A stretch of 32,000 nucleotides of DNA from Pyrodictium delaneyi (GTDB taxonomy: Archaea; Thermoproteota; Thermoprotei_A; Sulfolobales; Pyrodictiaceae): the NCBI RefSeq assembly GCF_001412615.1, contig NZ_CP013011.1:210001-242000 (forward strand), read 5' to 3'. Shown piece by piece: positions 7,943 through 15,830 of this stretch. Numbering within the stretch: the first letter of the stretch is position 1; each line of letters starts with the position of its first letter. Below the pieces are notes generated by a model. It was not told the origin of the DNA and did no database searches. It saw only the letters and a list, made by a program, of their open reading frames with translations. A program made the translations under genes and the position numbers.

Positions 7943-10285
7943 TTACTGAGTTCTAGCAGTCTGGTTTATACCACCCAATATCGTGTCCACTGCGGCGGCT
8001 ATGGCCGCGGCTACGGCGGCTGCCCGGAGCAGAAGCGGGCTGCCCAGCAGCGAAGCGGCGGCTGCGACGGCTATGAAGGGCCACGGCGTGTACCCGCCGC
8101 CCCGGGGCCCCGCGGCTAACAGCACTGCCATCGTGTCGGGGCTGTAGGCCGCCATGAGCGCGAGGAGCGCAGCGGGCCGGGCCTCGAGCAGCACAGCGGT
8201 GGCGGCGCCGGCCAGCGCGGCGGCCGCCGGCGTAGCAGCCACGGCTGCGGCTGCCCCGGCTCCCGCGCCATGGGCTAGCAGCGTGGCTAGGTGGAAGCCC
8301 GCTGCGAGGCCTAGCAGGTAGAGGGCTCGCCGGATCCGGCTCTCCTGGAGCCCAGCTAAGCCGGCGTAGACTGGGCTGGGGGCTAGGAGGCCGGCGAGGA
8401 GCCCGTCGACGAGCCCCGGGCCTGCCCTAGCGGCTGCTGCGAGTACGGGGGCGAACACGCCCGCGGGCCCGGTGTAGGCGAGCAGCCCCACACCGAACCA
8501 GGCGGCGGCCGTCTTAGCTAGCCTACGGCGGCCCTGCCAGGAGTGGATTACTGAGAACCTATAGCCCATTGTCCAGTAGAACACCACGGCGGCTGCTAGC
8601 AGGGCTAGCCGGGCGAGCTTGCCGGTGTCCGCGGCCACTGTGTATAGGAACGGCGCCTCGGCAGGGGACGTGAAGCCGGGCCACGGGTGCATACCGTGTA
8701 GCAGGGCGGAGGCCAGCGCGCCGGCAGCAGCGGCGGCTCCAGCTGTCCAGCGCAGCGCTGTCTCCGTGGCGAGGCAGTCCCGTAGCCCAGCCCAGCCGAG
8801 CCAGCGGGCGGCCTCAACGGCGAGGAGCGGGCTGACAGCGAGCACTATTCCGGAGAGCATGGAGAGCTGTACGCTGTAGAAGTTGTAGAGCGTATGGTTC
8901 CCCGCAGCGTAGACTAAGGCGTAGCCTGCGACTGCAGATGCTAGTGCAGCAGCCGCGAAGGCTTCCGCGTTCTTCCCCGTACAGCTCCCGATGCATGTGC
9001 TGAGCGCAGCTGCTGCGAGCCCGGCTAGGGAGACGAGGAGCGCGGGCAACGTGATCACCGGGTTGGAAGCAGCCACGATGAGCGGCCTGCCGTCGACGTA
9101 GTGGAGGATGAAGCCGGGCACGCCTAGCAGCAGGCCGAGGGGCGTGGTCGAGGGCGGGCCCTCCGCGGGCCTGCTGGTTGTGTGCCAGCGGAGCGAGCCC
9201 ACGACCTCGTCGAGCCAGGCCCCGGGCCCCATCCACTCTATGAACGGGATCCAGGAGGCGAGCACCACGGCTAGCGGCACGGAGAGGAGTACTAGGGTCT
9301 TGGCGGGGCCTAGGCCCCGGAGCCGCGCGTAGACGAGGAGCGCGGGGAGCACGAAGAGCCCCGTATACTTCGCCGAGCCCGCGAGCCCCGCTAGCAGGGC
9401 CGCGGCGAAGGGATGGCCGTAGAGGAGCGCCGCCACAGCTAGCGCGTCGAGGCTCGCGGCATAGATGTCGAGCATGCCGACGGCCGACATCGATTGGACG
9501 CTCTGGTCGAGGAGGGCGAGGGCTGCCGGCGCCAGGGCGAGGACCAGGGCCCAGCGGCTGCCTACCCGCCTCGCAGCCCAGTACGCGGTGGCCGCAACCG
9601 CGGCGAGGCCGAGGGCGCCGGCGGCGAAGCTCGCAGCGCGCCACACCCAGTAGCGGAACCCCAGGAGGTCTATCAGGGCGGCGAAGATGTACTTGACTAG
9701 CGGCGGGTGCTCCGTGTTGAGGTAGTTGTTGATATTCTCCTTGTCCGGCATCACGCCGGGGACGGCGTCCAGGAAGCACGTAGACACCTGGGGGAGGGAT
9801 GCAACGGCCTGGTGCTCGCCGAGCGGGGCCTCGACGAGGAGCGCGTGGATCTCGCTATACTGTCTCCCGAGTATCCGGGCTCCCGGCGCATGCTCGTGGA
9901 TGAGCAGGCTGGCCTCTGCGGGGCTACACTCCCCGGGATTATAGAACACGGTGTAGACGGCATAGCTGCTGTTGACCCGGGCTACTAGGTCCCAGCCGAG
10001 CACCTTCCGCGCCACGTTTATCGATGACGGGATGTACCATACCTCGTCGCTGATATAGTCCTCGACCCCCAGGGTCTTCGAGAGCCCGCCGTGGTACAGT
10101 GCTAGCAGCGACGCCAGGTACGCAGCAGCAACGACAGCCAGGAGGACCCGGCGGCTAGGCTGCCCACGCCAGTTGCTGGTGCCCGCCACACCTGCTCCTC
10201 CAGCTAGTCTGCCGGCTAGACCCCGTGCCGTCGTAAATGTAGCGTCCCAGGGGCCCAGCATATAGGCGCCTGAGGGAAGGTACAC
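7943..10285 (-). CDS. Polytopic GT-C glycosyltransferase, dolichyl-phosphate-mannose--protein mannosyltransferase-like (PMT_2 / GT39-like)
   Basis: 780-aa multi-pass membrane protein. It has a DE motif in the first extracytoplasmic loop (YISDEVWYIP) and the block NTEHPPLVKYIFAALIDLLG, which resembles the hPPLgKy signature of the PMT_2 family. There are many Ala/Leu/Gly-rich helices. GTG start at 10285; ATG at 10261 is an alternative. It is divergent from a Dol-P-Man synthase gene. Confidence 0.8.
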   Translation of the reverse strand: MYLPSGAYMLGPWDATFTTARGLAGRLAGGAGVAGTSNWRGQPSRRVLLAVVAAAYLASLLALYHGGLSKTLGVEDYISDEVWYIPSSINVARKVLGWDLVARVNSSYAVYTVFYNPGECSPAEASLLIHEHAPGARILGRQYSEIHALLVEAPLGEHQAVASLPQVSTCFLDAVPGVMPDKENINNYLNTEHPPLVKYIFAALIDLLGFRYWVWRAASFAAGALGLAAVAATAYWAARRVGSRWALVLALAPAALALLDQSVQSMSAVGMLDIYAASLDALAVAALLYGHPFAAALLAGLAGSAKYTGLFVLPALLVYARLRGLGPAKTLVLLSVPLAVVLASWIPFIEWMGPGAWLDEVVGSLRWHTTSRPAEGPPSTTPLGLLLGVPGFILHYVDGRPLIVAASNPVITLPALLVSLAGLAAAALSTCIGSCTGKNAEAFAAAALASAVAGYALVYAAGNHTLYNFYSVQLSMLSGIVLAVSPLLAVEAARWLGWAGLRDCLATETALRWTAGAAAAAGALASALLHGMHPWPGFTSPAEAPFLYTVAADTGKLARLALLAAAVVFYWTMGYRFSVIHSWQGRRRLAKTAAAWFGVGLLAYTGPAGVFAPVLAAAARAGPGLVDGLLAGLLAPSPVYAGLAGLQESRIRRALYLLGLAAGFHLATLLAHGAGAGAAAAVAATPAAAALAGAATAVLLEARPAALLALMAAYSPDTMAVLLAAGPRGGGYTPWPFIAVAAAASLLGSPLLLRAAAVAAAIAAAVDTILGGINQTARTQ

Positions 10286-10332
10286 GAAGTACTCAGAAGC
10301 ACTTCAGGAGACGCTGGCATGGGCGTCGAGGC

Positions 10333-11418
10333 ATGAGCGATGACATGGAGCCAGCGGTTTCGATAGTGGTCCCGACGTATAACGAGAGGGAGAACCTGCC
10401 CCGGCTACTAGAGGAGATAGACCGCGTACTCCGGGGCAGAGGCATAGACTACGAGGTCGTGGTAGTAGACGACGATAGCCCTGATGGCACGTGGAGGGTC
10501 GCCGAGGAGTACGCGGAGCGGGGCCTCCCAGTCCGCGTGGTGAGGAGGCGGGGAGAGCGGGGCCTCGGCAGCGCCATCGCCCGGGGGCTCCGCGTAGCCC
10601 GCGGCCGCTACATAGTGGTCATGGACGCGGATCTCCAGCACCCGCCGGAGGCTATCCCCCGGCTCCTCGAGGAGGCCCGGAGGAGCGGTGCGCACCTCGT
10701 AGTCGCGACCCGGTACGGCCGCGGGGGCGGCGTGGAGGGCTGGAGCCGTTTCCGCCTCCTGGTCTCTCGTGTGGCGAGCCTGCTGGCATACCTCCTACTC
10801 CCCGAGGCCAGGGCCACTAGCGACCCTATGAGCGGCTTCTTCCTGGTCTCCCGCGAGCTCGCAGCGAGGGCGCCGGAGCGGCCGCGGAGCTGGAAGATAC
10901 TCCTAGACCTCCTAGTCGAGGCCCGGGGCAGGGTCTCGGAGGTCCCCTATGTCTTCCGCCGCCGCGCTGCGGGCGAGAGCAAGCTCGGCCTCCGGGAGAT
11001 GCTGGACTACGTGCTCCACCTGCTTGAGCTCTCAGGCTACCGGCCCATCAAGTTCGCGGTTGTCGGCGCAACTGGCACGCTCGTCAACCTCGCAGTACTA
11101 AGGCTTCTCCACGGCGCGCTGGGCGCACCGCTCCCGCTCTCGTTCCTCGCAGCGTTCGAGGCATCACTGACCTGGAATTACCTGCTCCACGACGCGTGGA
11201 CCTTCCGGGGCATCCGGCCCCCAGGCGTACTCAATAAGCTACGGTACTGGCTACGGTACCACGCCGCCGCCCTAGGCGGCCTCGCAGCATACATGTCCGT
11301 GGGCATGCTGTTGACCACACTGGGCCTAGACTACATGCTCGCGGGGCTGGCAGGGATAATCGCCGGCTTCCTAGCCAACTACACGCTCTCCCTCTACAAG
11401 GTGTGGAACAGCCGTTGA
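10333..11418 (+). CDS. Dolichol/polyprenol-phosphate mannosyltransferase (GT2, Dpm1-like) with a C-terminal GtrA-like membrane domain
   Basis: VSIVVPTYNERENLP, VVVVDDDSPDGT and VVMDADLQHPPE are classic GT2/DPM1 motifs. The C-terminal ~120 aa form 4 TM helices beginning KFAVVGATGTLVNLAVL (GtrA-like). Confidence 0.9.
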   Translation: MSDDMEPAVSIVVPTYNERENLPRLLEEIDRVLRGRGIDYEVVVVDDDSPDGTWRVAEEYAERGLPVRVVRRRGERGLGSAIARGLRVARGRYIVVMDADLQHPPEAIPRLLEEARRSGAHLVVATRYGRGGGVEGWSRFRLLVSRVASLLAYLLLPEARATSDPMSGFFLVSRELAARAPERPRSWKILLDLLVEARGRVSEVPYVFRRRAAGESKLGLREMLDYVLHLLELSGYRPIKFAVVGATGTLVNLAVLRLLHGALGAPLPLSFLAAFEASLTWNYLLHDAWTFRGIRPPGVLNKLRYWLRYHAAALGGLAAYMSVGMLLTTLGLDYMLAGLAGIIAGFLANYTLSLYKVWNSR

Positions 11419-11535
11419 ACAATACCGAGAACCTGCTTCACGCCGCACCAGGGCGTACTGACACGTCGCCCGGCAGGTAGATCGCAAGAGGGTTAATGGG
11501 CTTGTGCAGGCCTTGGCGTCCCTGGCGCAGAGGCC

Positions 11536-12519
11536 TTGGAGAGGCTGCCTAGCGGGATCCTCCGCGTAGAAGTACCGCTCCCCATAGAGAGCCTCGGGAG
11601 CGTGAACGTCTACGTCCTCTCCGACGGGGAGCCGTGGCTCGTAGACGCGGGGATCTACACAGCGAGGGCTGCGAGGCAGCTACTCCGGGGGCTCCGCGAG
11701 GCCGGCATACGGCCCTGCGACCTCGCCGGAGTAGTGGTGACACACTTCCACGTAGACCACATGACGCTGGCGCCGGTGCTGGCTGAGCTAGGGTCCCCAC
11801 GGCTCCTCATAGGCCGCGGCGACCTCGCAGTGCTCGAGTCGGGGGTGGAGGACTTCATAGACCGGGTGCTAGAGCTCTACACGTGGAGCGGGATGCCCAG
11901 AGAGGAGGCCGAAAAGATACGCAGGCACCACCCAGCAGTCCGCATGATGGAGGCTTACCGGGAGGCCTTGGAGCTGGACTGGAGGCCCCTAGGCGAGGGA
12001 GACCTGCTCCGCGCCGGCGGCCTAGAGCTACGCGTAGTCGAGGCCCCAGGCCACACACCTGGCCACATACTGCTCTACGGAGACGGGCTCCTATTTACCG
12101 GGGACACGGTACTCCCCGGCATAACGCCGCACGTGGTGCTCCACGGCGTCGACGAGGACCCGCTCGGCAGCTACCTGGAGAGCCTAAAACGCGTCGAGGC
12201 CATGGCGCCGGCCCTCGGGCTCCCCGGCCACCGTGGCGTCCTCCGTGACCCCGCAGCCCGGGCCAGGGAGATACGAGAGCACCACGAGAAGCGGCTCCGC
12301 GGGCTACACGAGCTGCTACAGCGCCGGGGCCCGCTGACCGGCTACGAGGCGGCTAGGCTGATGCGGTGGAGGACGCGCTACAGTAGCTGGGACGAGTATC
12401 CCCCTGCAGAGAGGTTCTTCGCAGTAGGCGAGGCGCTGGCCCACCTGAGGCACCTAGAAGCACGGGGCCAGGCCGAGCGCCTGGAGCGCGACGGCCTGCT
12501 AGCGTGGCGCGCCCTATAG
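11536..12519 (+). CDS. MBL-fold metallo-hydrolase
   Basis: HxHxDH motif (VTHFHVDHM). Downstream His motifs (EAPGHTPGH, LPGHRG). Helical C-terminal extension. TTG start as in the ORF track. Confidence 0.85.
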   Translation: MERLPSGILRVEVPLPIESLGSVNVYVLSDGEPWLVDAGIYTARAARQLLRGLREAGIRPCDLAGVVVTHFHVDHMTLAPVLAELGSPRLLIGRGDLAVLESGVEDFIDRVLELYTWSGMPREEAEKIRRHHPAVRMMEAYREALELDWRPLGEGDLLRAGGLELRVVEAPGHTPGHILLYGDGLLFTGDTVLPGITPHVVLHGVDEDPLGSYLESLKRVEAMAPALGLPGHRGVLRDPAARAREIREHHEKRLRGLHELLQRRGPLTGYEAARLMRWRTRYSSWDEYPPAERFFAVGEALAHLRHLEARGQAERLERDGLLAWRAL

Positions 12520-13095
12520 CCTGTCGAACCCGCCGTCGAGCCCGGCGTCGCCCAAGTCAAAGCCTGCATCACCCGTATCTTCGTAGTAAGCGTCCCCAGT
12601 GTCCACGTCGCCAGCCTCGTCCACGGCCTCGTAGCCGGACTCATCGCTCCAGCTACTACTCCACGCCAGGTCATCCACCAGCGCAAGCCCCGTGAGCACA
12701 CTGAGCAGCATCATAGCCTCCATAGCTGTTAGTAGCCCCAGCATTGGGAGCAGCGGTGCAGCCAGGAGCAGCTCCTGGGGGCTCCAGCGCCAGTCCTCTG
12801 GCAGCCGCTGCTCCCGGAGGAGCTTCTTAGCGGCGACTGCTGCATGCTCCATTAGCCTCATCGCCTCGGGCACAGTGTCGAGCCCCTGGCGCGTGAGCCG
12901 CAGCCTCCGACGCTTCAGTATCAGCCCGCTCTGGTACTCCTCCACGAGCCCCGCCGCCTTCAGCTCCTCGACTATGCTCTCCACAACCTCCCTGGAGACC
13001 CGGAGAGCCCTAGCTATCGCGTCCACAGTGTCCAGGCCCCGATGGATAGCGAGAAGGACAGCAGCCTGGCTAGGCGTAAGACCCCCAGCCACCAC
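12514..13095 (-). CDS. Winged-helix (MarR/TrmB-like) DNA-binding protein with a C-terminal hydrophobic segment and acidic Gly/Asp-rich tail
   Basis: N-terminal wHTH (LTPSQAAVLLAIHRGLDTVDAIARALRVSREVVESIVEELKAAGLVEE). ~32-aa hydrophobic stretch (LLLAAPLLPMLGLLTAMEAMMLLSVLTGLALV). ~55-aa tail rich in D/E/G with repeated GDA units. GTG start at 13095 lies 6 nt after GGGGTG. Confidence 0.75.
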   Translation of the reverse strand: MVAGGLTPSQAAVLLAIHRGLDTVDAIARALRVSREVVESIVEELKAAGLVEEYQSGLILKRRRLRLTRQGLDTVPEAMRLMEHAAVAAKKLLREQRLPEDWRWSPQELLLAAPLLPMLGLLTAMEAMMLLSVLTGLALVDDLAWSSSWSDESGYEAVDEAGDVDTGDAYYEDTGDAGFDLGDAGLDGGFDRL

Positions 13096-13153
13096 TCATT
13101 GCACCCCTTTGCATCCTAACTTCGATACACAGGGAACAGTTGAAAGCGAAATA

Positions 13154-13567
13154 ATGTTGCTCCCCCGACGGGCCCCTACGCCTACGCCTAGTAATAGACA
13201 GCGGGTATACACGCCGCGAGCTCTCCCGCAAGAGCCCCGGGGAGCTACTACGCCTCATAGAGGCAGCACGCGCCGAGGCCAGAAACTCATACGAGATAAT
13301 AACCGTCGATGGGGAGAGGATTCTACGGGCCAAGCTGCGATGGATAGGGGGGCACAGCGGCTAGCAAGGGAGCTGCTCCGGGGACCCGGGAGGCCCTGGA
13401 ACTGGCTGCGCGCGCCGAGAGGCCCGAGCACAGTTTCCTAGTCCTAATTGGCCTGGAGAGACTACGCAGCCTCGACAAAGAGCTGAGGAACTCGGCAACG
13501 CTTGGCAGAGCGACTCGACCTCAACGAGGCGGTGAGGCTAGTCAAGGAAGACCGCCAGGACTGGTAA
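13154..13567 (+). pseudogene. Possible decayed pair of small genes (coding-like segments spread over three frames)
   Basis: ATG 13154 is followed by a C5 run (13162-13166). Frame 3 then reads DGPLRLRLVIDSGYTRRELSRKSPGELLRLIEAARAEARNSYEIITVDGERILRAKLRWIGGHSG* (stop 13362-13364). ATG 13340 gives MDRGAQRLARELLRGP. A different frame then reads REALELAARAERPEHSFLVLIGLERLRSLDKELRNS. A third frame reads QRLAERLDLNEAVRLVKEDRQDW* (stop 13565-13567). No single intact ORF with a start covers these pieces. Confidence 0.25.
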
Positions 13568-13675
13568 AGCTCCACTGCATGTAGTTCCTGAGATAGTTGA
13601 GACTAGAAATGTACTCGGTGAGGCACATAAGACCCGGTAAAGCCTGTGCTCGGGGCCTCATAGTGGGCTGCCTCG

Positions 13676-15742
13676 TCATACTGCCCGGCTCTCCTCCGTA
13701 CTGCTTGTCGTTGTGGGGCTTGCTTGTTTCAGCTTCTCGGCTAGGTAGTCGAGGATTATCCGGTACCTCTTCATACGGTGCCGTGGCTTGGCCCGGATGC
13801 TGTGGCCGTGGCTGCCCCTGGTGAATACTACTAGCCGGCTCTCTTTGCCGTGGAAGCGTAGCGCTACGTGGAACGCTACGGCCTGGTCTATGAAGCACCG
13901 GTAGTCCTCCATACTGTGGATTATCAGTACCGGGGTCTCTACGCGGTCTACGTAGTTGATGGGGCTGGCGCGTTCGTAGTTCTCTGGGGAGCTCCAGGGT
14001 GTGCCGCATATCTGGTCTGGGTCGAACCAGTAGCCGATATCGCTGGTGCCGAAGTCTGCTCTCCAGTCGCTTATCCCGTTCTCGCTTATCGCTGCCCTGA
14101 ACCGGTTGGTCTGGGTTATTATCCAGTTGGTCATGTAGCCGCCGTAGCTTATACCCGTCATAGCCATCCTCCCGGGGTCGGCATTCTCGACGCTCTCTAG
14201 GAACGCGTCTAGGAACTCCATTATGTCCTGGTAGTCCCGGGTGCCATACTTGCAGCGTATGTCGGCGTACTCCTCGCTGTAGCCGTCGCTGCCCCGGGGG
14301 TTACAGTAGACCACGTAGTAGCCCTTGGCCGCTACGAGCTGGTGCATGAAGTTGAAGGCTGCACCGTAGCAGGCCTTAGGGCCGCCGTGGATGAAGAGCA
14401 CTACGGGGTACCGGTTCCCCGGCTCGCGGCGGGCCGGTGGAAGGTACCAGCCCTCGACTACCGTGCCGTCGCTAGCCCTTGCCTTCAGGTTGACGGGTTT
14501 CTGGAGCTCCACCTCTCCGAGCAGCCAGTCGTTGAACCGTGTGAGCCTCCTTGGCTGGCCCCGGCCTGGCTCGAGGATCCATATCTCGCCGGGCTCGGTG
14601 TAGCTTGTCCGAGCGTAAGCTATGACGCCTGCGTCGCGCGAGACGGTGAACGAGTAGACTACCTGCTCGCCGCTAGTGAGCTGCTCCAGGTGGCCCGTGC
14701 CGGGGTCTACCCGGTGGATGTTGACACGGCCGCCATCGTTGACGAGGAATAGTATGCCGTCCCCGGCCCATATGGGGTGAATGTTCCCGCGCGGCCAGGC
14801 GGCGTCGCTGGAGACGTAGGGCGCGGTGTTCCTGTCGAGGCTGCACGTGAGGCACCTGGGCTCGCCGCTGAGGCTTAGCAGCCATACGTGCTCGTGGCTC
14901 GCGAGGCCCCTTGGCAGCGCGTGGCCGTGGAGGACGAGGGCGTCTCCCCGGGGGCTCCACTCGACTGCGCTGAAGCTATAGCTGCCACTGAGCAGCGTCT
15001 CGGTCTCCCCGGTCTCCACGTCCACGAGCACGACTTCCGTGACGTGGGGGCGTAGCTGATCCCTCGAAACCAGTGCCGCTATCCGTTTCCCGTCGGGGCT
15101 CGGCGACGCATAGACCACGTTGAAGTCGCCGCTGGTCAGCCTTCTGTGTAGCCCAGACTCGTAGTCTACTAGGAGTATGTGGCTACGGTACTCCTCGGTG
15201 AAGCCGGCGCCGTCGAACCAGACTGGTAGGCCGCGTATATCCACGTAGTCCCCGTCCTCGTCTATGCTCCGGGCCGGCGTCGGCGCCACGGCGAGGATGG
15301 TGCTGGAGTCGGGCATCCAGCGTGCCTGGACGAAGCCGTACCGGCTCTGGTATACGCGGCGCGGCTCGCCGCCAAGATGGTACACATAGAGCGCTGTACC
15401 CTTCTCTTTCTCGCCTAGGCCCCGGCGGCTCGTGAAGAGAAGCTTCTCGCCGTCGGGGCTCCAGCGGGGCTGGGAGTCGCCCTCGCCCTGCAGCACGGCT
15501 AGCGTCTTGCCGGCGGGCAGCTCGTAGATCCATATCTCGTTCCGGTACAAGTTCTTCTCGAGATCCGGCCTCACAGCGACGAGTGCTACCCGGCTGCCGC
15601 CAGGCGAGACCTGGGGATCACCGACGTGGACTAGGCGAGAGAAGTCCTCAACCTCCAGGAGCCGCTTCCTAGGGGCCAATTCTGCTCCCTCAGACCTCTC
15701 CTCGGCGGGGCTCGGGCTGATAAACGTCAGACCTACGTCCAT
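13676..15742 (-). CDS. S9-family serine peptidase (prolyl oligopeptidase / acylaminoacyl-peptidase type) with an N-terminal beta-propeller
   Basis: Repeated WSPDG-like blades (PRWSPDGEKLLF, ARWMPDSS, ASPSPDGKRIA, VEWSPRGDALV). FIHGGP. GxSxGG nucleophile (GISYGGYM). Late Asp (HSMEDYRC) and His (RGSHGHS). The ORF track start at 15832 would run into the divergent HMG-CoA synthase gene, so I prefer ATG 15742 (MDVGLTF...). Confidence 0.9.
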   Translation of the reverse strand: MDVGLTFISPSPAEERSEGAELAPRKRLLEVEDFSRLVHVGDPQVSPGGSRVALVAVRPDLEKNLYRNEIWIYELPAGKTLAVLQGEGDSQPRWSPDGEKLLFTSRRGLGEKEKGTALYVYHLGGEPRRVYQSRYGFVQARWMPDSSTILAVAPTPARSIDEDGDYVDIRGLPVWFDGAGFTEEYRSHILLVDYESGLHRRLTSGDFNVVYASPSPDGKRIAALVSRDQLRPHVTEVVLVDVETGETETLLSGSYSFSAVEWSPRGDALVLHGHALPRGLASHEHVWLLSLSGEPRCLTCSLDRNTAPYVSSDAAWPRGNIHPIWAGDGILFLVNDGGRVNIHRVDPGTGHLEQLTSGEQVVYSFTVSRDAGVIAYARTSYTEPGEIWILEPGRGQPRRLTRFNDWLLGEVELQKPVNLKARASDGTVVEGWYLPPARREPGNRYPVVLFIHGGPKACYGAAFNFMHQLVAAKGYYVVYCNPRGSDGYSEEYADIRCKYGTRDYQDIMEFLDAFLESVENADPGRMAMTGISYGGYMTNWIITQTNRFRAAISENGISDWRADFGTSDIGYWFDPDQICGTPWSSPENYERASPINYVDRVETPVLIIHSMEDYRCFIDQAVAFHVALRFHGKESRLVVFTRGSHGHSIRAKPRHRMKRYRIILDYLAEKLKQASPTTTSSTEESRAV

Positions 15743-15830
15743 CGTCGAATAGCGTCTTCGACTGTTGCTGGAGGGGAAGGACTCTTCTACCGCCCTACGG
15801 CGACAAGTTGATCCAACATGGAGGAACGGC

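Noticed and set aside
7886-8119. 77-aa plus-strand ORF at the 3' end of the GT-C gene
   Set aside because: Most of it is antisense to the GT-C coding sequence. Only ~55 nt lie in the spacer, and the composition is Gly/Arg-rich.
8605-9988. Many alternate-frame ORFs inside the GT-C gene, including the 321-aa ORF 8814..9779 (-) and several 60-95 aa ORFs on both strands
   Set aside because: They are R/P/G/A-rich and lack motifs. They lie entirely within a 780-aa ORF that has clear membrane-protein periodicity and PMT_2-like motifs. Such shadow ORFs are expected in ~70-80% GC DNA, where stop codons are rare.
11508-11541. Direct repeat AGGCCTTGG twice, ~21 nt apart, upstream of and overlapping the MBL hydrolase start
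   Set aside because: It is only 9 nt, GC-rich, and the second copy includes the TTG start codon. It is compatible with chance.
12692-13441. 249-aa plus-strand ORF
   Set aside because: Its first ~400 nt are antisense to the well-supported wHTH gene, and its sequence is S/R/P-rich. Only its 3' portion was reconsidered, as part of the frameshifted-remnant hypothesis at 13154-13567.
13542-14009. 155-aa minus-strand ORF overlapping the 3' end of the S9 peptidase gene in another frame
   Set aside because: It is R/P/Q-rich with no motif. The peptidase frame carries the catalytic His region here.
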